From positions 6,882,001 to 6,946,000 of the forward strand of contig CM102284.1 of assembly GCA_046563655.1 (NCBI GenBank): 64,000 bases of DNA, read 5' to 3'. Below are positions 14,248 to 29,767 of the stretch, one piece after another. The notes beneath the pieces were generated by a model that did not search any database, was not told where the DNA came from, and was given only the letters and a program-made list of their open reading frames with translations. The stretch comes from Yuukianura sp. NJ FZ-2021. Taxonomy: Eukaryota. How positions within the stretch are numbered: the first letter of the stretch is position 1; each line of letters begins with the position of its first letter. The position numbers were made by a program, and so were the translations under genes.

Positions 14248-17200
14248 ACTGAAAACTCTTAACTGCTCAAACAATTAAGTTTCAAAATTTGAAGAATTTC
14301 GCAACTTTGCCTTGTTTTCTCAAATTAGTTAACTCCAAGCAAGGCTAAGGAGAAATTCACCTTACATAAGAAGTTAACAGCCTTCTTTTGAGGGACAAGG
14401 TGACTGATGGATTCGGATGATACACGTCAAACTACACAATCAATTCTTAACTAGCTGAAAAATATACGTCAATCTACTTAAATTCATCGCCTTAGTTAAT
14501 ATTAATCCTCACGATCAGTAGTTTTACGTTTTAAATTTCCACGCCGCCCAAGAAAATTCCAAGACCAATACTATAAAAAGTACGACCTAAAAGATACATC
14601 AAAAACAAAAGACGAATTTGAATTGCAAGGTTTCGCAAAAATTTTTTCGAAATTTTGAAATTTTTTATTTAAAAAATCCTTATTTTTAGGACATGATTAG
14701 TACATTAAACTCCTAATTTCGAATTCATGGTCTCTGGAGGGAGACTTGAAATTTGGAAAAGACCGAAAACGTTCCATAATTTCCTGTTTGTTATGCAGAG
14801 CGTGAGGTTGTCTCCTTGGCTAGATCTCGATTGAATTTTGCATATGACAGGAGAAAGCACAAGGAAAGGAGGCAAAACCTTCTCTCCTTTTTCTGGAAGA
14901 AGAGAAAAAAAAGCGGGAGATCCAATAAAGCATGTCAAATGCCTTGCGGGAAAATTTGCACTTCCTTAAGTTGACAGAGGAGCCAGGGCCAGAATATATT
15001 GAGCTGTTCATAGAGGTTGCTTTTACTCGTGGTCCAAGGATCTCCTTGGAGGACAGGGAAATGACACTGGTGAAAGTGAAAGTTCTCAACCTGAAAAAGA
15101 GGGCCAAACGGAGTGACATTTTGAAAAAAAGAAGAGAAAAGGAATATGTTGAAGCAATTTCTTGGATTTTCCAAGCTCCATTGCTTTCTCCCTGCATTGG
15201 ATCACCTTACACTTGTAAAAGTTCCAAAAAACATCAAAAGTCCTCAAGGCTTTTTCAAAATCTTCCAGTCTCGCATTTTTTTTAAAAAGTCGCATTTGGT
15301 GAAAGTCGTTTTTCAAAATTTTGAATTTCAGGAGTTTATTTTGTCCCTAGAATCCAAAAGTCTCGCCCCCCAAAACTAATTTTCCAAGTAATACAAAAAT
15401 TTGACCATGTCAAGGACTTTTCAAAATTATGTGCTTGTTTTCTTTTCTGTTTCTAAAATCCTCCTATTTTAATAACAATGTTGTAAAATTTGGAAAGTAG
15501 CAAAGAAGGAAATTGGACTGAAAGCCCGGAAGGTAAAAACGCTTTTGATGATGAATATTTAAGTACTAAAATGCGTTGGTTGCTGCTAGTTGAATCTTGA
15601 CGAACACAATTTTGAAAGTAAAGCTTTTAGAAAAAAAATACTTTAGAAAAATGAGCATAAAATTTGTTTAAAGTTTCACATTTGCCTGTTTTACCAAAAA
15701 AGAAAGTCAATCCTTGCATAAAAAGTTGTCACGTTAGGGCCCTACCCTAATCAACCCAAAGTGAATGTCATCCCACTTTCTTTTTGCGCAGGGAAATTAA
15801 ATAAACCTTTCAAAATTAATTTGATTCCTCCTTTGCTCTTCACTACGCTTTATGCACACGAAAAGAAGTGCACAACCTTGTGTTCACACAAATCCACACT
15901 TTCACCATCTATTTTTTCACTTTCTCTATTTTTACAGCCCTCACCCTCCTCCTCCTCACTCCTCAAAAAGCTCATTCATTCAAACACTACGTATGTTCAC
16001 GTAACCTAGCAATTCGCACTTAAACTTAAAATCTCCTTGGAGTTCGAACTCTCCAGGAACACGTCTCCTCAAGGACTAATAAATTTTACATTTTTATTTT
16101 TATTTCCCACCAATAACTCTGATTGCCAATCCGCTTCTCAAATAACTTTCACTCGGATTTCTCTCGTTCTAGCGCTGGTCTCCAGAGAAAGTGTGACTTT
16201 TCCAGAAAAGTTAAGTTAGTTTATGTAGGTGGGACCAACGTTAGGTTATGTTAGACTAAAAACCTAACCTTATGCTCTTATGCAGAGCCATTAGTTGGAG
16301 CTGGAGTTAGTAAGGGTGGGGTTCTGGAGCTGAGTGGGATCACGTTATCTTGGCTTGACGCCTGGGCTTAAGCTCCACTTCTGGTGCTCGCCTGATGGCT
16401 AGTCATGGTCATCTTCATTCCCTTTTATTGGACCCTATCACTTTCCCTTTTTGTGTGTTACTGCCATAGGCTAGTCTCTCACAAAAACTAACTCTGCAAC
16501 CTAACAAAGATTCTGGAATAGCCTGGACAAGTCGCAAAGCGGCAGGAGACGACAGAGAGAAAGCTGAAAGTGCGTTGGGCCAAGCTCAAACTTTCTGGTC
16601 TAATGGTCGTATTAGACCTAAAGTGCCCTCACAATTCCCTCGCAAAATCCAATACTAGGCAACAGGAATACCGTAAAAGTTCAGTTAAAAGGTCCATTTT
16701 TTAGCAAATACAAAGCTCTGCTTTCACTCATCTTGGAAAAAAATATGCATTTAAGGAATTGTTCTACAGGCGAAAATGTTTTTACGCAAGTTCGGAATTT
16801 TCTAGATTTTTTCTCAAACATTTGTAAATTTTTTGAGCCATGTCCTCCAGTGTTGCTGTTAAGAGGGCAAAGACCTGTTGATTGGAGTTTTACGGTAATA
16901 AAGCCAGAGTAGTAATATTAACTAAAAGGTTCAAAATCTTCTAATCCAATTCTACCTTTGAACAGAGACCAAAGTGTCTCTTTGGCTAATCCCTCTACTC
17001 TTAATTACGAGTTGCCCCTTGTTTCAAAGGTTTCTAGAACCGTAGTTACTCCCTCTCCAACTCTTCAAACGCGAAGCAAGGATTCATCCGTAATGAACTC
17101 TACACTTAAAGTTGTTCAAGGATTTTGACTTGCGCGAACATCTTGTCACTACGTAGGGAGTACTGAAAGTAAATTGCCAAAGGTGCCGACGCTAAAATAT

Positions 17201-20200
17201 CGCAAATGCTGAATTTAGTGTGATTTGGGATTACGAAGTGAGAGTAGAAAGGTAAGGTAGTAAGCTGGAACGATAGTTTTCCCAGGAGGAAGTTCTGTAT
17301 CCAAGCAGGACAGCTCGGTTGTAAAAAAGTGAAAGCGGGAAGAGGGAACTGAGGCGTGAAAAGTGTCGTGTTCAGGATGTCAATTGATGATCAGGTTCAG
17401 GATTCATTCTATACCGAGAAAATTCAAAAGAAAAGCAGTACTTTTTCAAATTTCAAAAAAATGATCAACTAGTTGCTTTTTGGATTTAGAAAAGAAAGGA
17501 ACTTGTTGAATATAAGCTCCGAAAGAACTAAGAAAGTGAAAGTTTTATTTTGGATTTCAAGTTTTCCAAAAAGAGTTTCGAAGATTTAAAAAATTCGAGA
17601 AATGTAATCCGAAATTTTGTAAGATTTTTTTTAGAGTGGTGGAAAATTCTCAATTTAAGTTGGTTGTGGGTGGGTTGATGAGTGTGTCTAGACGTTTTCC
17701 ATTGGGGTGAAAGTTCCGTGTCATAATTTTCATTATATGGTCCTTGGAATTGGACGTAATTTCATTTCCATAACATTAGAGCCTCGTAGTTTTCGTCTCT
17801 CTATAGTTACTCCCTCCATCGACTTTGACGGAAGGAAGAAAACAGGAACAGACGGAGGGATTCAACAGAGTGGAAAACATTTTGTATGCAAAAAATGCTA
17901 CAGCTAAGGAAGGACTTCTTGAAAAGTGGAAGTGGAGAGACGTCAATTGCCACTGCATACATGATTAATTCCTTTGGCTTTTCCCCTGCCAACAGCCACT
18001 TGGACGAAGGAGGCCCTTAAGGACCTCAGTCATGGTCCATATGCTCTCGATTAGCCTCGAAGACCAATGGCCCTTGACACTTTCTAAAGCGATCCACACT
18101 TTATGACTAAAAATCTCAAAGAAAGATGAATATAAACCACAATTTACAAAATAATGGTTTAAACTTGTTTGTTTTTTGTGGAGAAAGTCCTTCGAGTGAA
18201 AAGCATTCTGCTCGAAATTAGTTGTTTGATTTGTTTTTTTTAGAGAATATTTTTTGAAATTTTCATTTTTTTAAATACGGAAAAGTTCAATTTAAGTGAA
18301 AGCGAAGTTACGCCTTCTTTCCTTGCAGTTGTCCTCATACAGTCTTTTGTGTGACTTGAATGAAGACATACAAAGGTGTGACTCGCAACACATAAATTGG
18401 TTATAGGTAACTCAATAAATTTTGTCAATTGTTTTTTCGTTTTTTGAAAAAGAAAAAAAGATTTTGAAATTGGAAAAGGAAATTGGAGTTCCTTATGTAA
18501 GGATAGGAGAAAGGTGAAAGTTTTGTTTTATTATTCATTTTGATTTGAAGGAACAACAGAAAGTAAGAAGCCATACATGAACTTACTGACTGCGTCCTCA
18601 TCGTACGAAAATAATTTGGTCTCTCAGAATTCGTTGTTCCTAGTTTTGCGTTTTCAAAAGTTCAAAATTTAAATTGAAATTTGAAGGTATGAAAACGTTA
18701 GTTGGTGGTTTAGTTTAATAAGTAAGAAACCATAGAAGAGTGTGATGGAATTTTGAGAGCTTCGGACCAACTTTCTCAGTGTGAAGTTTCATTACTATTC
18801 GGCTCAAAACTCAATTCGAGCCAATGAAGTAAACAAAGAAAAACTTTCGTTAAAAAATTCTGAGAAAAGTTTCAACTTCTGCTTTGATTTTCAAAATTCA
18901 AAAAGCAAGAGTTGTTTAAGGCAAAAGATACGAACTGGATTTTAAACCGACAAAAATGGTACAAAATTTCAAATTAGAAGAAAAAACTTGAGAACCGACT
19001 TTTTTTCTAGCTTGTTTTGATAACTTTCTCTCTTTAAAGGTAGAACTTTGAAAAGTTTTCTCTTTATCATTTTCACTTTGATTTTTCTTTTCTGTTAAAA
19101 ATGTTCTTTTTCTGCTTTTTCAAAGCCTAATGTTTTCTTAATTTATATATTTTTTTTACAATAGTGCTAAAAATTTTCCTTTGTGAATTCAACTTTTATT
19201 TTACAAGGAAACTTTATGAACGCTCAAATTTTCCAACGTTAATGAAAACACAGGCCACAATTTGGACCACAAAACAGAATGCTAAAAAACCAAAGATTTA
19301 ACAGAATAACTTTTGAACTTTGGATAACATTGGGATGAGCATTGACATTACCAAGTTAAAGTGACGAAAGAAACATGACGGATGCATGTAGAACACTTCA
19401 TTTCATAATGTAAAAAGATTCATGAAACTGTTGCTCCTCCACTTTCACTTTGAACGCTTTCCCATCAATTTAAATACAGTTCACTTAAAACAAGGAGCTA
19501 AAGGCTTAGAAGCCTAAAGTTTGAAAAGTCCCGCTCTCTCTGCATTAGGCTAACTGAATGTAGCGGGTGTGAAATTAGAAAATTCCTAAAGCCCTCGGTG
19601 ACATTTTGTTTTTTGCAGGACTCAATTCCCTTCCACCTTGTCACTCACTTTCACTCTAATGAAAACAAATGCTTTCCGCCTTCATCCCTGTCTAACAGTT
19701 ATGTTTAATTGCAATTTGAACTTACAAGTTAGTTCAATTTCAATAAATTTAACTAAGCAATTAATTAACTTAACCTATTCTAATTAACATTTTGCTCCAG
19801 AGTTGAAATTTTCTCTCAGGAACTTGAACAGCTTCCTGAGTGTTCTAATTCTCAAAATTTTCAAATTTTGAAAAGCTAGAAGCCTTAGGATGTTTCTCCA
19901 AGTCCACTTGAGTCAACTTCCGACTCACTTCTTTTGTTCTTTATAATTAGTACTTATTGTATCACATCTCACAAGGACTTCTGGCACAGTCTCAATATAA
20001 TCAAGACTTCTCTCGTCCAAATTAAAATCAAGTTCTGCTTTTCCCCTGAAACTGAGATGGCAGAGAACCGCGGACGCTCAAAAAACTTTCTCCTTCGAAA
20101 ATTTTCAAAAATTCCCAAAAACCTAGCATAGTTTTTGCTCCTAACTTGCATAACCCCCCTCTCTTTCAGTCTAGGCCTAAAGATTAGGAAATGCCTTGTA

Positions 20201-23200
20201 ATTATTTACTCATCTTAGGAAGTCATCAACTCCTTTCTTCACTCTTTAGTCTTCTTCACACATCAAATTTAATTATCCACTAGTCTAGCATAGGGCGTAG
20301 AGTGGAGCTGGAGCTAAGATGAAGCTGGTTCCGGAAGACGGAGCAAGCAGTTTAGTCGCTCCAGGAATCAATAGAGAGAAGAACATAATGGACCTGACTT
20401 GGAAGAAGAATTTGGAAACGGTGTTTGGAGTCTCCCGAAAAAGCTTCCATCTTTACCCAGTTTTAGTCCAAGAGTCTTCTATTATTTCCTGGAAACTCCA
20501 AAATTTTCCAGAAGTCCCGGGGTAACCAAGGGTTATGGAGGTCGTCTCCATTTCACTCATCATCCCCCTTTCTCCAGACAATGGAAATGGGAAATACAAT
20601 GGAATTCAATTTAATTTCTAACCCTAACACGACTGTGACTCTCTCATACTTTGCACTACTCCACTTCCTCGTTAGATGACATTTCCTCATCTTAAAACTT
20701 TTGAAAATACGCGGGAAAGTGCCCATTTCAGTGACAAGACTACCCATGCAAAGTTATGCACCTTAACTCGAAACAAAGCTTAGTATAAAAATATCAACTT
20801 TCACATAAAATGGTGCATTCGGTTTGAACGTGAGGTGGAATAGAACGTAGAGGAAAAGAAAACCCAAAACAAAGGTTGTAATGAGGCACAAAAGTCAGAA
20901 CAAAAAAAAACGTCAAAGGTTTTATGCTCGAGATGCACTTCATTGCTTTTACTTTTTCGTGCCATTGGAAGGGCTAATAATGAAAAGAAAAAAATCAGGG
21001 GAAAGAACTAACAAAGGGAGACTGTAGCAGAAACAAACAAAAGCAAGGAAGAAAGCAGAAGAGCAAACATCCTTGTTCCTCCGTTCTAATTGTCATTAGG
21101 ACAAAGTAAATTTTCTAATCTATTTTCTCCCACCTCTACCTGTAACATTTCACCCAACTTTCCTTCCCCTTTAAAGGAAATTAGGGGATTTCGTAACTAA
21201 TTTCTCCATTTGTCAAGTAGAACTCCAACCCTGCACTTTTTTTTTAGAAAGAGAAGTTCCGGGACTATCATGAACAGCTAAACTTACACTTTACGACAAG
21301 ATGGCCGGATACTTTTGTATCAACAGCTCTGGACTGTACATAACCTAAAAGTTGATAAAGTCAACAAGTGCCTGCATGCTCTTAAAACTACCGTTAATGT
21401 GAAAGTTGGTCCGTTAAGATGTCCGTAAGTGGCCGTACAGGAGTGTGCGGTTATGGAGAAAGTGACACCTAGAAAGGAGAAAAAAGCTGGAGATCCTTGG
21501 CAACGATCCATTAGCACGACGCAAGAGCCTGTTTCCATGGGACGATTACTCTTCTGGATGGACTTAAAAGGTGACTTAAAAGGAGCAGCCAAAACAAGAA
21601 TCATGGCACACAAAAAGCTAAACAACGGAGAAAGTCTATAGGAATTAATTAAGACTTTTTTTCTTCTTTTGTCATTCGTTTCAACTCAACCTCCGCAACT
21701 AATGGACTTTTTTCTTCAATTTCAGCTTTGTTTTCAGTTTTTTAGAACAACAAAAACTGAAGTTAACCGGGAGAAAGTTTAGGAAGAGAATTCAAAAAAG
21801 GGTTTCTTTGTTTTGAATGAAGAGCTTTTGACGTTGTCAAAACGGAATTTCATCTGGGTCGTTTCAATTTCTGTCTGTCTTTTTGTTCAACTCAGTTTGA
21901 GTCTGAAATGCCTAATTTTGGGTTTTGATCAACTGCGAAGGAAGTAGACAGGAAAAGTTTGGAAGTCGGTGGTGGTGGGAGTGAGTGAAAGTGGAGGGAG
22001 TAACTACTGTAGTGGTGGCTGTTGGACAGATGATGAAGTGAAAGTGGTCTGGAGAACCGTTATTAGCATGAAATTGTGGTGGGGTGGTTCCGGTCTGAGG
22101 AATGAAACTTCTTCCAGGTACTTCCTAATCATCAAACCATATCATCATCATCAGCATCCTCTTCTACAAGAACCGCCCAACTCCACAAAGGCTTTTCATA
22201 AGCCCCAATTTCTACTTTCACAAGCTTTCACCCTAATCAAACATAACCTACTGAAATAGTAGTCACCGCAATCTCTCTTGTCATTCATCACAATCAGATT
22301 TTCAAAAGACACTCATCCTTGAGCAATCTAGAAATTAAAGGTATGAAACGCAACAATTTTTTTTTTGAATTTAAAAAAAATCAAAAAAATTTGAAAAGTA
22401 GTTTTCCTGCTAGAGTTGAGTTACCTTACCTAGTGGGTAGTAAAGGTTAAGCAGAAAGTAGTTTGTAATGAGCCAAAATTTGGAGCAGAACTTTCTCCAG
22501 CCAACTTTTCTCATTAGAAAATTTTCTCAATAATTTGCTGTTCCAGATCCCTCTGGATTTGTGTCTCTTAAGATCCATCAAAGGATTAGAGTTAAAATTG
22601 AGATTGAGCCAAATACGAAAGTGAAAGTAAGGTTAGGTTATGTTTCAGTCTTAATAACGTTTGGGTTAGTGTTTTTGAGTTAATCGGAGTGTTAGAGCTA
22701 TGGATTCTGTTGATCCCTCGGACTAATATTGGGTCTCATGCTGTCAAGCTTATTGAGCCTCCTTCAGTGGTGAAACTTCAAGCTTAATGGGTAATAATGG
22801 AGAAAGCAAGCTGTGACCCAGCTCTCTTTTCATTATTTCAAACACTCCCGCACTACTTTCTCCTTTCGCAATTGACAGCAGACAAAGTCAAGAGCTCCCC
22901 AACAGAGCTCACAAACGACTCCAAGAATTACTCCATTTCTTCCAAATAAAAGCCCATTTTTTCATGAACCCCGCAATTGCGAGAAAGCAATTTTGAAAAA
23001 AAATGAAACCGGAACGACCTGGTAGGTCATGAAACTAAAAACCAAGAAAACGGAAGGGACTCACGAATTTTTCATATTGATTTGTTACAATAGTTTTTGA
23101 GCTTGTAATTCTGCGGCTGTTTCAAGAATGTCAAACATTTGGGAAAGTTTGTCAACAATTTCAATAGATTTTGAAATTTTCCGGAGAATTTGACTTGAGA

Positions 23201-26200
23201 TTTTGTGTGTGGATCGACTTGTTGTTGAAGTTTCCCACTTGTTGCATGGAATCACAACATCCGAAAGTAGTTGAAGTGCAAAATGACAGAATTCGTCGAT
23301 TAACAAGCAGAACTAACCGTTCTGTGTAACTTGTCACCATCACACTTTGCCTGGATTTAAATTCAAACAAGATCTTAATGGTTTTCCCTCTTTCACTTTC
23401 AAAATTCAAAACAAAACACTTTCACTTTCAATCAAAACCCAGTCACCCGTCAAATCCAATCGGAGAGGCTCAAGTTATCAAGTGTCCTCCAATCTTTATA
23501 CTATGCATAAATTAAATACGTTCATTTGTTCTAAACAACAATTTTCAAAAGTTTTTCAAGAAGTTCAAAATTTCCAAACTTGAGCTGAAACCGTTCTAAA
23601 TGGACCAATTAAATTCAATTGCCAAAATCCAAAATTAGTTTCATTTTCTTTATTGTGAGAAACTTAATCAAAGGGAAAGCCTAAAATTACGAACCATCAT
23701 TTATGTTTTATTCCCTACAGAGCTGTCTTTACGTAAATTCAATGACAAGTGAAACCAAGGAACAGAAAAGAAACACTTTTCTACAAACTAAACCCAGTTT
23801 TCTAGAAAAGCGAGCTTTTGAATAGGAGTCAAGGGGTTAATAAAAGGTGATGAAGGGGAGGTTAGCAACAGGCGTAATTGCAACCAGTAGAGCAAAATTA
23901 GGCTTTCAACCTCCCCATTTCCTTTGTGAATCCCTGCCACTTTCACTGCCTTTCACCTTCCGCAAATACGCTTTCCAAAAGACGAAAACACTTCCAAGAA
24001 AAAGAAAGCTGGCTTTCACTTTTTTATGGTTTTGGCGTTCTACCGTCTCCAGATTTAGACTTCTAAGAAATTAACTAATGACCAGAAAAATTTCAAGAGA
24101 GAGTTTTCTTTTCAGAGAAGAAAATTTAAGATTTTTTCTACTTTTTGTGTTGTAATTTACAGCATTGTGAAAGTTATATCGCTTTTCATTTTGCGACGCC
24201 CTACTAAGCTGCCCCTGCTGTGCCTTTGTTTCATTGTTCCCCAATTGGTCATTTGAAGACTTAACTTTATTTTATTTTAGTTTTATTTTATTTTTTTACC
24301 ATGTTATGGATTTGAGGTGAGGAAGTTATACCGCCAGCGGTAACAACAGCAATGCTTAGCAACCTTTGCCCAACTTTCTTTTCAGGAGTAAAGGCTGTGT
24401 AATAAGAGTGCTGTACCAAGGTTCGTGAACAAACAAATGGTTCATTTTACACCAGGTTGTCCAATAGCTCGATATTTTTAATTTTCTCAAATGATTTGCA
24501 AAACTTGCGCCGTCGCCGTGCCTTTTTATAGTAATGATTTGTATGTAATCTAATAGGAATTGGAGGGAAACTGGTGGAAAAATTGTTTGAAGGAAGATTT
24601 TTGTAAGCCCCGAGTTTATGGACAACCTGTTGTAGGAAGTACAATTTGTATTTCCGGCTGTCAAAGCACCTTGGTCCTGTCCCATTTTTTTTCTCTAAAA
24701 AACGACAGTTTTGTTAAGACTATCGTAAGCGAGGGCGAGAGTCACGGCGGTGAAAAGTGAACATACTTAAAACTCATTTTCACTCTATAAAACAATGTTT
24801 TATTATTTTTATTTATGATTTATTTATGCAAAAATTGAACATTTTTTGAGGGAAAGGGTCCCCCGTTTACTTATTTTTGGACTTTGTCGTTTTTCAACTT
24901 TTTGCGAAAATGAAGGTAAGGGGGGACGTGGAAGGAATCGTTATGAATTGAGTTGACTTCTGAAAAACTTGTGTTTCAGAATTTTGTGGATTGGAATTCA
25001 AGTGAAAGCGAAGATCCAGGATGTGAAACAAATGTCTTGATCTTCTTGAAAGAAAGTAGAGAAAAAAGTAACAATGAAATCTGATCCGAATGTTCTCATG
25101 TCACTAGGGTTTTTCTGTACTAATAACGCAACACCTTTCCACCATTACCACCGCCCTTCTGGCTCGTCTTCTTAAAAGCTTCTGCTTTTTTCTATTTGTG
25201 ACTCAATTTTCACAAAGGATGAACACAGGAAGACATGGACCAGAATTAACGTTGAACAGACAACGAAAGTCTTCGTACTTCTTTCTTTCTAATTTTTTTG
25301 TTCCAATCCTTTTGATCTCATTCATGTCAATTCACTTTCACTCCATTATCTCTCTTTTCTTCTGAAACAAAAATCTTATCTCAAATCCATTAACTTTCAT
25401 TGTGACTTCCCGCTGAAACGTAACACTATTTTTTCCTGGAGAAAAAGAAAGTTTGATAATTCTTGGTATTTTTTCATATTCGTTCTCTGTGTAGGAATAT
25501 TTGAAATTTTAAAATTAGCATAAGTTTAAGAACCAAAACGTGACTTGGCTTCAACTTTTTTCAAAATTTGAAACCGAGACGAGGAAAATTCAGAAATTCA
25601 TCAGCGTAGGGAGATTGAGGGAGCATGTTGAATTTTTTTCTTTGAAGAAAATCCTCGTCGACATCCACAGTTTGGAATAAGAGGGGAAAGGAAAAGAAAT
25701 CTGAGAGATCGGAGATTCATGTGAAGACATTAAGTTTACACTAGTAGCAGAAGTAGAGTAAAAGGGCGGGAAAGGATGGTGAAAGCATTGGGTTTTCGCT
25801 CTTTCTTCAAGTTTGGCAAACGAGAGCCACTTGAACCAAAAATCGAAGAATCAGAGACGCTTGTTGTTGGTTCTTTTTTCCGTTTCCTGTTGCATCTTGA
25901 GGCAAGACTTAAAAAAACTTGAAGTTTTCTCAACAAGTTGCTGCTTCTTTCGGAATTAGACTTTCTCCTAACCCCTTTTTCGAAAAAACCAACTTACGAT
26001 CAAATTTTTTTCTAAGCTTTGCCGCTGCAGTGCTTCTCCGCAAGACTAAAAACCGATGTTGGTTAGGTTGAAAGCGGCAGTTTTTTGATGGAAAGTAACT
26101 ATATAAGAGAGCCCACTTGAGAACTAAACTGTTTAAATACACAGTCTCCCTTTCCACTTTAATAGAAGTCTCCAGGTAACCATCCAAATATCAAGAACCC

Positions 26201-29200
26201 TCTAAATCCAATTCCTATTAAAGCGCTCTTCAACCCAGCCTTACTGAACGAACGAGTCGACTTCCACCATCGTCGAATCTCCGCCGCTCCATCTCTTCCG
26301 ATCAAGTTTCATTTCTAAACAAAAATTTTTTAGAAAAAAAGTTCCAATTTTTGAAAAACTTTCTCCTGGTTATACGTAGTTGAGAATTTCACCGATAGCG
26401 GAAGTACTTTTTCAAGTGGAGTAGATGAATAGCCTAACTTCGAGCACACAGTTCTTAACCAATGGTCAGCTCTACGCCCAAAACCAAATATCATTTCCAA
26501 AAACTGATCAATCATCTGCAGAAAAGACAACTTTATCAACTTTATGAAACTCTGCGGAAGGAATTTCTTTTTCGATATTACATTTTCCATCTCTTTCGCC
26601 TGTCAAGGATACATGCTGGCCTTTGTCCACTTTCACTTTGGAATCGGATCAAATCCATTCTAACTTTTAGTTTCAAATTCTGAAAAAAATTCAACAAACT
26701 CCTACAGAAGTTTAGTGAAACTTAAATTTTGATTTGAAAGTCTCTTTCCGGTGGGTCAAGTGAAAGTCAGCCACCGAGAAATGAGTAAATGACTTTTAGA
26801 ATTTTAATTATCCTGGACACAACGTCTTCTACTTCCGAAAACTAGCTTAGTCCACTGTAGAGCTGTGTTTCGAGTAGGGCCAAAGCACGGAAAAGGTATT
26901 AAGACGCCGAGAGATCTGATGAAGGACCTGGAAAGTTCCTGGAAGCTGGATGTGCTGGAACTATGGCGCTGGAACGCTGGAGAAAGCGATCCGCTATCCG
27001 CTTCAAATCCCAAGAGACGTCCTCTGGCCCATACATATTGAGTTTTTACGCCCCTCTCCTCACATATCCACGTTCACTTAAATGAGCTCCGCAATTCAAT
27101 TATTTTTCACTAAAAGAAGTCATCCTCTCTCTTCGTCTGGAATCCAGAAGAAAACTGATGGGATTTCTTATGGCAGGAGAAAATCCAAGACCTAACCTTA
27201 GTTTCAGACCTAAACCACTTAATACCTACCGCACTATGAGCTGTTGTAGCCACAATTACATTGTGGTTGTAATTACTATGCTAGAATTGGGTTATTCACT
27301 CCAGTCTCAACTCAACTTTCACTGAAAATCTTGTTTTGCACAAAACCAACCCATGATTTCGCAAAAGAGTGAAAGTTTTTCAATTTTTATGGCAGTATTT
27401 ACCATTTTTTGAATTTGGGCGATTTCGGCCAAACGTTCGACCAATACAGTTTTCTCTTACTCTAACTTTAGACTTAACTTTAACCTAACATCTTCATTAT
27501 AACCTTTCGTGATCTTAGAGATGAAGAAATCAAAAGGCGGGAATCCTTTGGAATGACATAAAATGATTTCTTGATTCGAGTACTGCATGACCTTTGATCA
27601 AAACGATTTTTATTAGAAAAGTAATTCGGGAATTCCTAGATTTATTATTTCGGTTCATCACAAAAGGAGATTTTTCTTTCAATCAAATCAAAAGATATGA
27701 GTTTTCTTCAACTAGCGAACGAATGTTGACTTTCTGTTGAACCCAAGACTGCGCCCTAAGGTGAATACTAGGACTCAGGTTGGGCCAAGGTTTTAAGAAT
27801 TCCGAAATTTTGGAAAACTGAAACGAAAACCTTGTTTTCTTTTTATTTTTCCCTCCTGAAAAAGAAATCTGTTTCTTTGGAATAGTTTGTGAGAATAGAA
27901 TAAGATTGGACAGAGAGGGATGTAAGGAGAGGAGAAAGCTAAGAATAGAGAAAACTTTTGGTGGAACTATGTGTGTAATTAATTGAATAAGGAATTGAGT
28001 TTGAAATCCAGAGAAAACCCAATGCCCAAATGGAAAACTTACCCAAAAAAAACTCACTTCTGCCTACCAAACTTTCTCCATTTTCTATTTTCTTCAATCT
28101 TAACCAACCAGAGGTTTCGAAAAGCCTTCCCGGTTCAAAATACTTCCAAGTTTCTTCCAATACTTCCGTAGCAGCAGCAACAACTTCTAAACATACTCAA
28201 ACTTCATCTACACTACAGTTGTTAGCCTAACGAAAATGCATTTTCAACTCAAATTTTTTAAACTTTTGCAAAATTCATTTTTAGAATGAAAGAAAACGAC
28301 CAAAACTAAACTCAAAATTGAATTTCGAAATAGACGTGCAAAATTCGAGCTAATGAAAGCCCACGTATGTATTTTTGCCACGTTCCGTGACTTTTGTGCC
28401 TTTTCTTTTCAAAAAATGGCGCATTTCAGAGAAAGTCTGAGCTCTGATTAGTTTCTGGAATATGTTCAATTTCAATCCCATTTTAATGTTGGTTGTAAAG
28501 GAGAAAGTGGTGAAAGGAAGTGGAATCTTGTAGTGAAAAGGTACGGCCTAAATCAACAAGTAAATTGAGACTTGTTCCAATTGAATACTTCTTCTCTACT
28601 TTTCCTTTTACAAGAACTGAAGTGCTGTGGGAGGGCTTTGTACAAACTAGAAGGTAGATGCATGATTACTACTTTTGAATAGTAGTGGTTTTGATTCTTG
28701 TGAAGTCTACTCCCATGTCCTTTGGTTCCTACTTTCCACAAATTCCTTTAGAGAAAGTTGTGTAATCTTTTCCTAATTTTAATAACAACTCTGCTTTTCA
28801 CAAAAAAACGGGAACATCAATCTAGTCAAGGCGGGTCTGAAACAAGCAGACTCGGTGCTTTTTTGAATAGGAGATTATGCGAAATGAGGCTGGAAGTGAT
28901 GCTGTGAGGTTGTGGCCAAATTCAAATAGTCAAAAGAATCCAAGATGGAGTGGCTTAATTCCCAGCATGTTCCACTCGGTAGTTGCTTATTTCAAGGAAT
29001 CTAAGAAAAAGAAAAGATCAAAAGACTTTTTTGACTTTACTCGTGTGCTACGGAGAAAATTTCCAAATCTAATTCAAATCTTAACTTGAAATAAGATTGT
29101 CTGAAATTCTTGCAGAACCAGCTTAAGTTTGAACAAAAATTTTGAAAATCCTTCTGTTCCAGCTGATGCGGCTAGTTACTGCACTGGTCTAAACAATCAA

Positions 29201-29767
29201 ATACTCAATCAAATTCAATAAATTAGCAGTGCATGTAGTAAAAGCGTTTTCAATAAAGTTAATTGTTACATACACACTTACCAAACTCCAATTAACTGAA
29301 CAATTTGTATCGAACCTGTAAATATTGTACTAAATAAAATACAGGTTTGGTGTTTCCGCTTTCTCGGTGAAAGTTAAAGTAAAAGTGAAGTGAAAGCAGA
29401 GCTGAGTTATACCAAGATGAGACGTTAGACTAAAAAGTAAGTTCAATAACTTAGTCATATTCTAATCTAACTAAAAATTTTTAACGAAAAGCCTCAAGAA
29501 AACTTCTCCCAAATTACTTTTAAGAAATCGGCAAGACACTTTTTAACTTTCACTTCAATATTTTACATAAAGTGTCAACAAATGAGGGCAATATTTTATA
29601 ACATTGATACAAACGCTAAATTTTTTTTAGTATTTTTTTTAGTGTAATTACCTATAGGATTACAGTAATCGATTAATGTAGGCTTTAGAATATCACTTCT
29701 AGTTAGCTTCTTTAGTAATTAGATTAACGATACACTTTTTGTAATAACCATCTTCACATTAATAAGA

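Noticed and set aside
14820-15285. 117-125 aa ORFs on both strands
   Set aside because: No recognisable domain and no supported exon boundaries.
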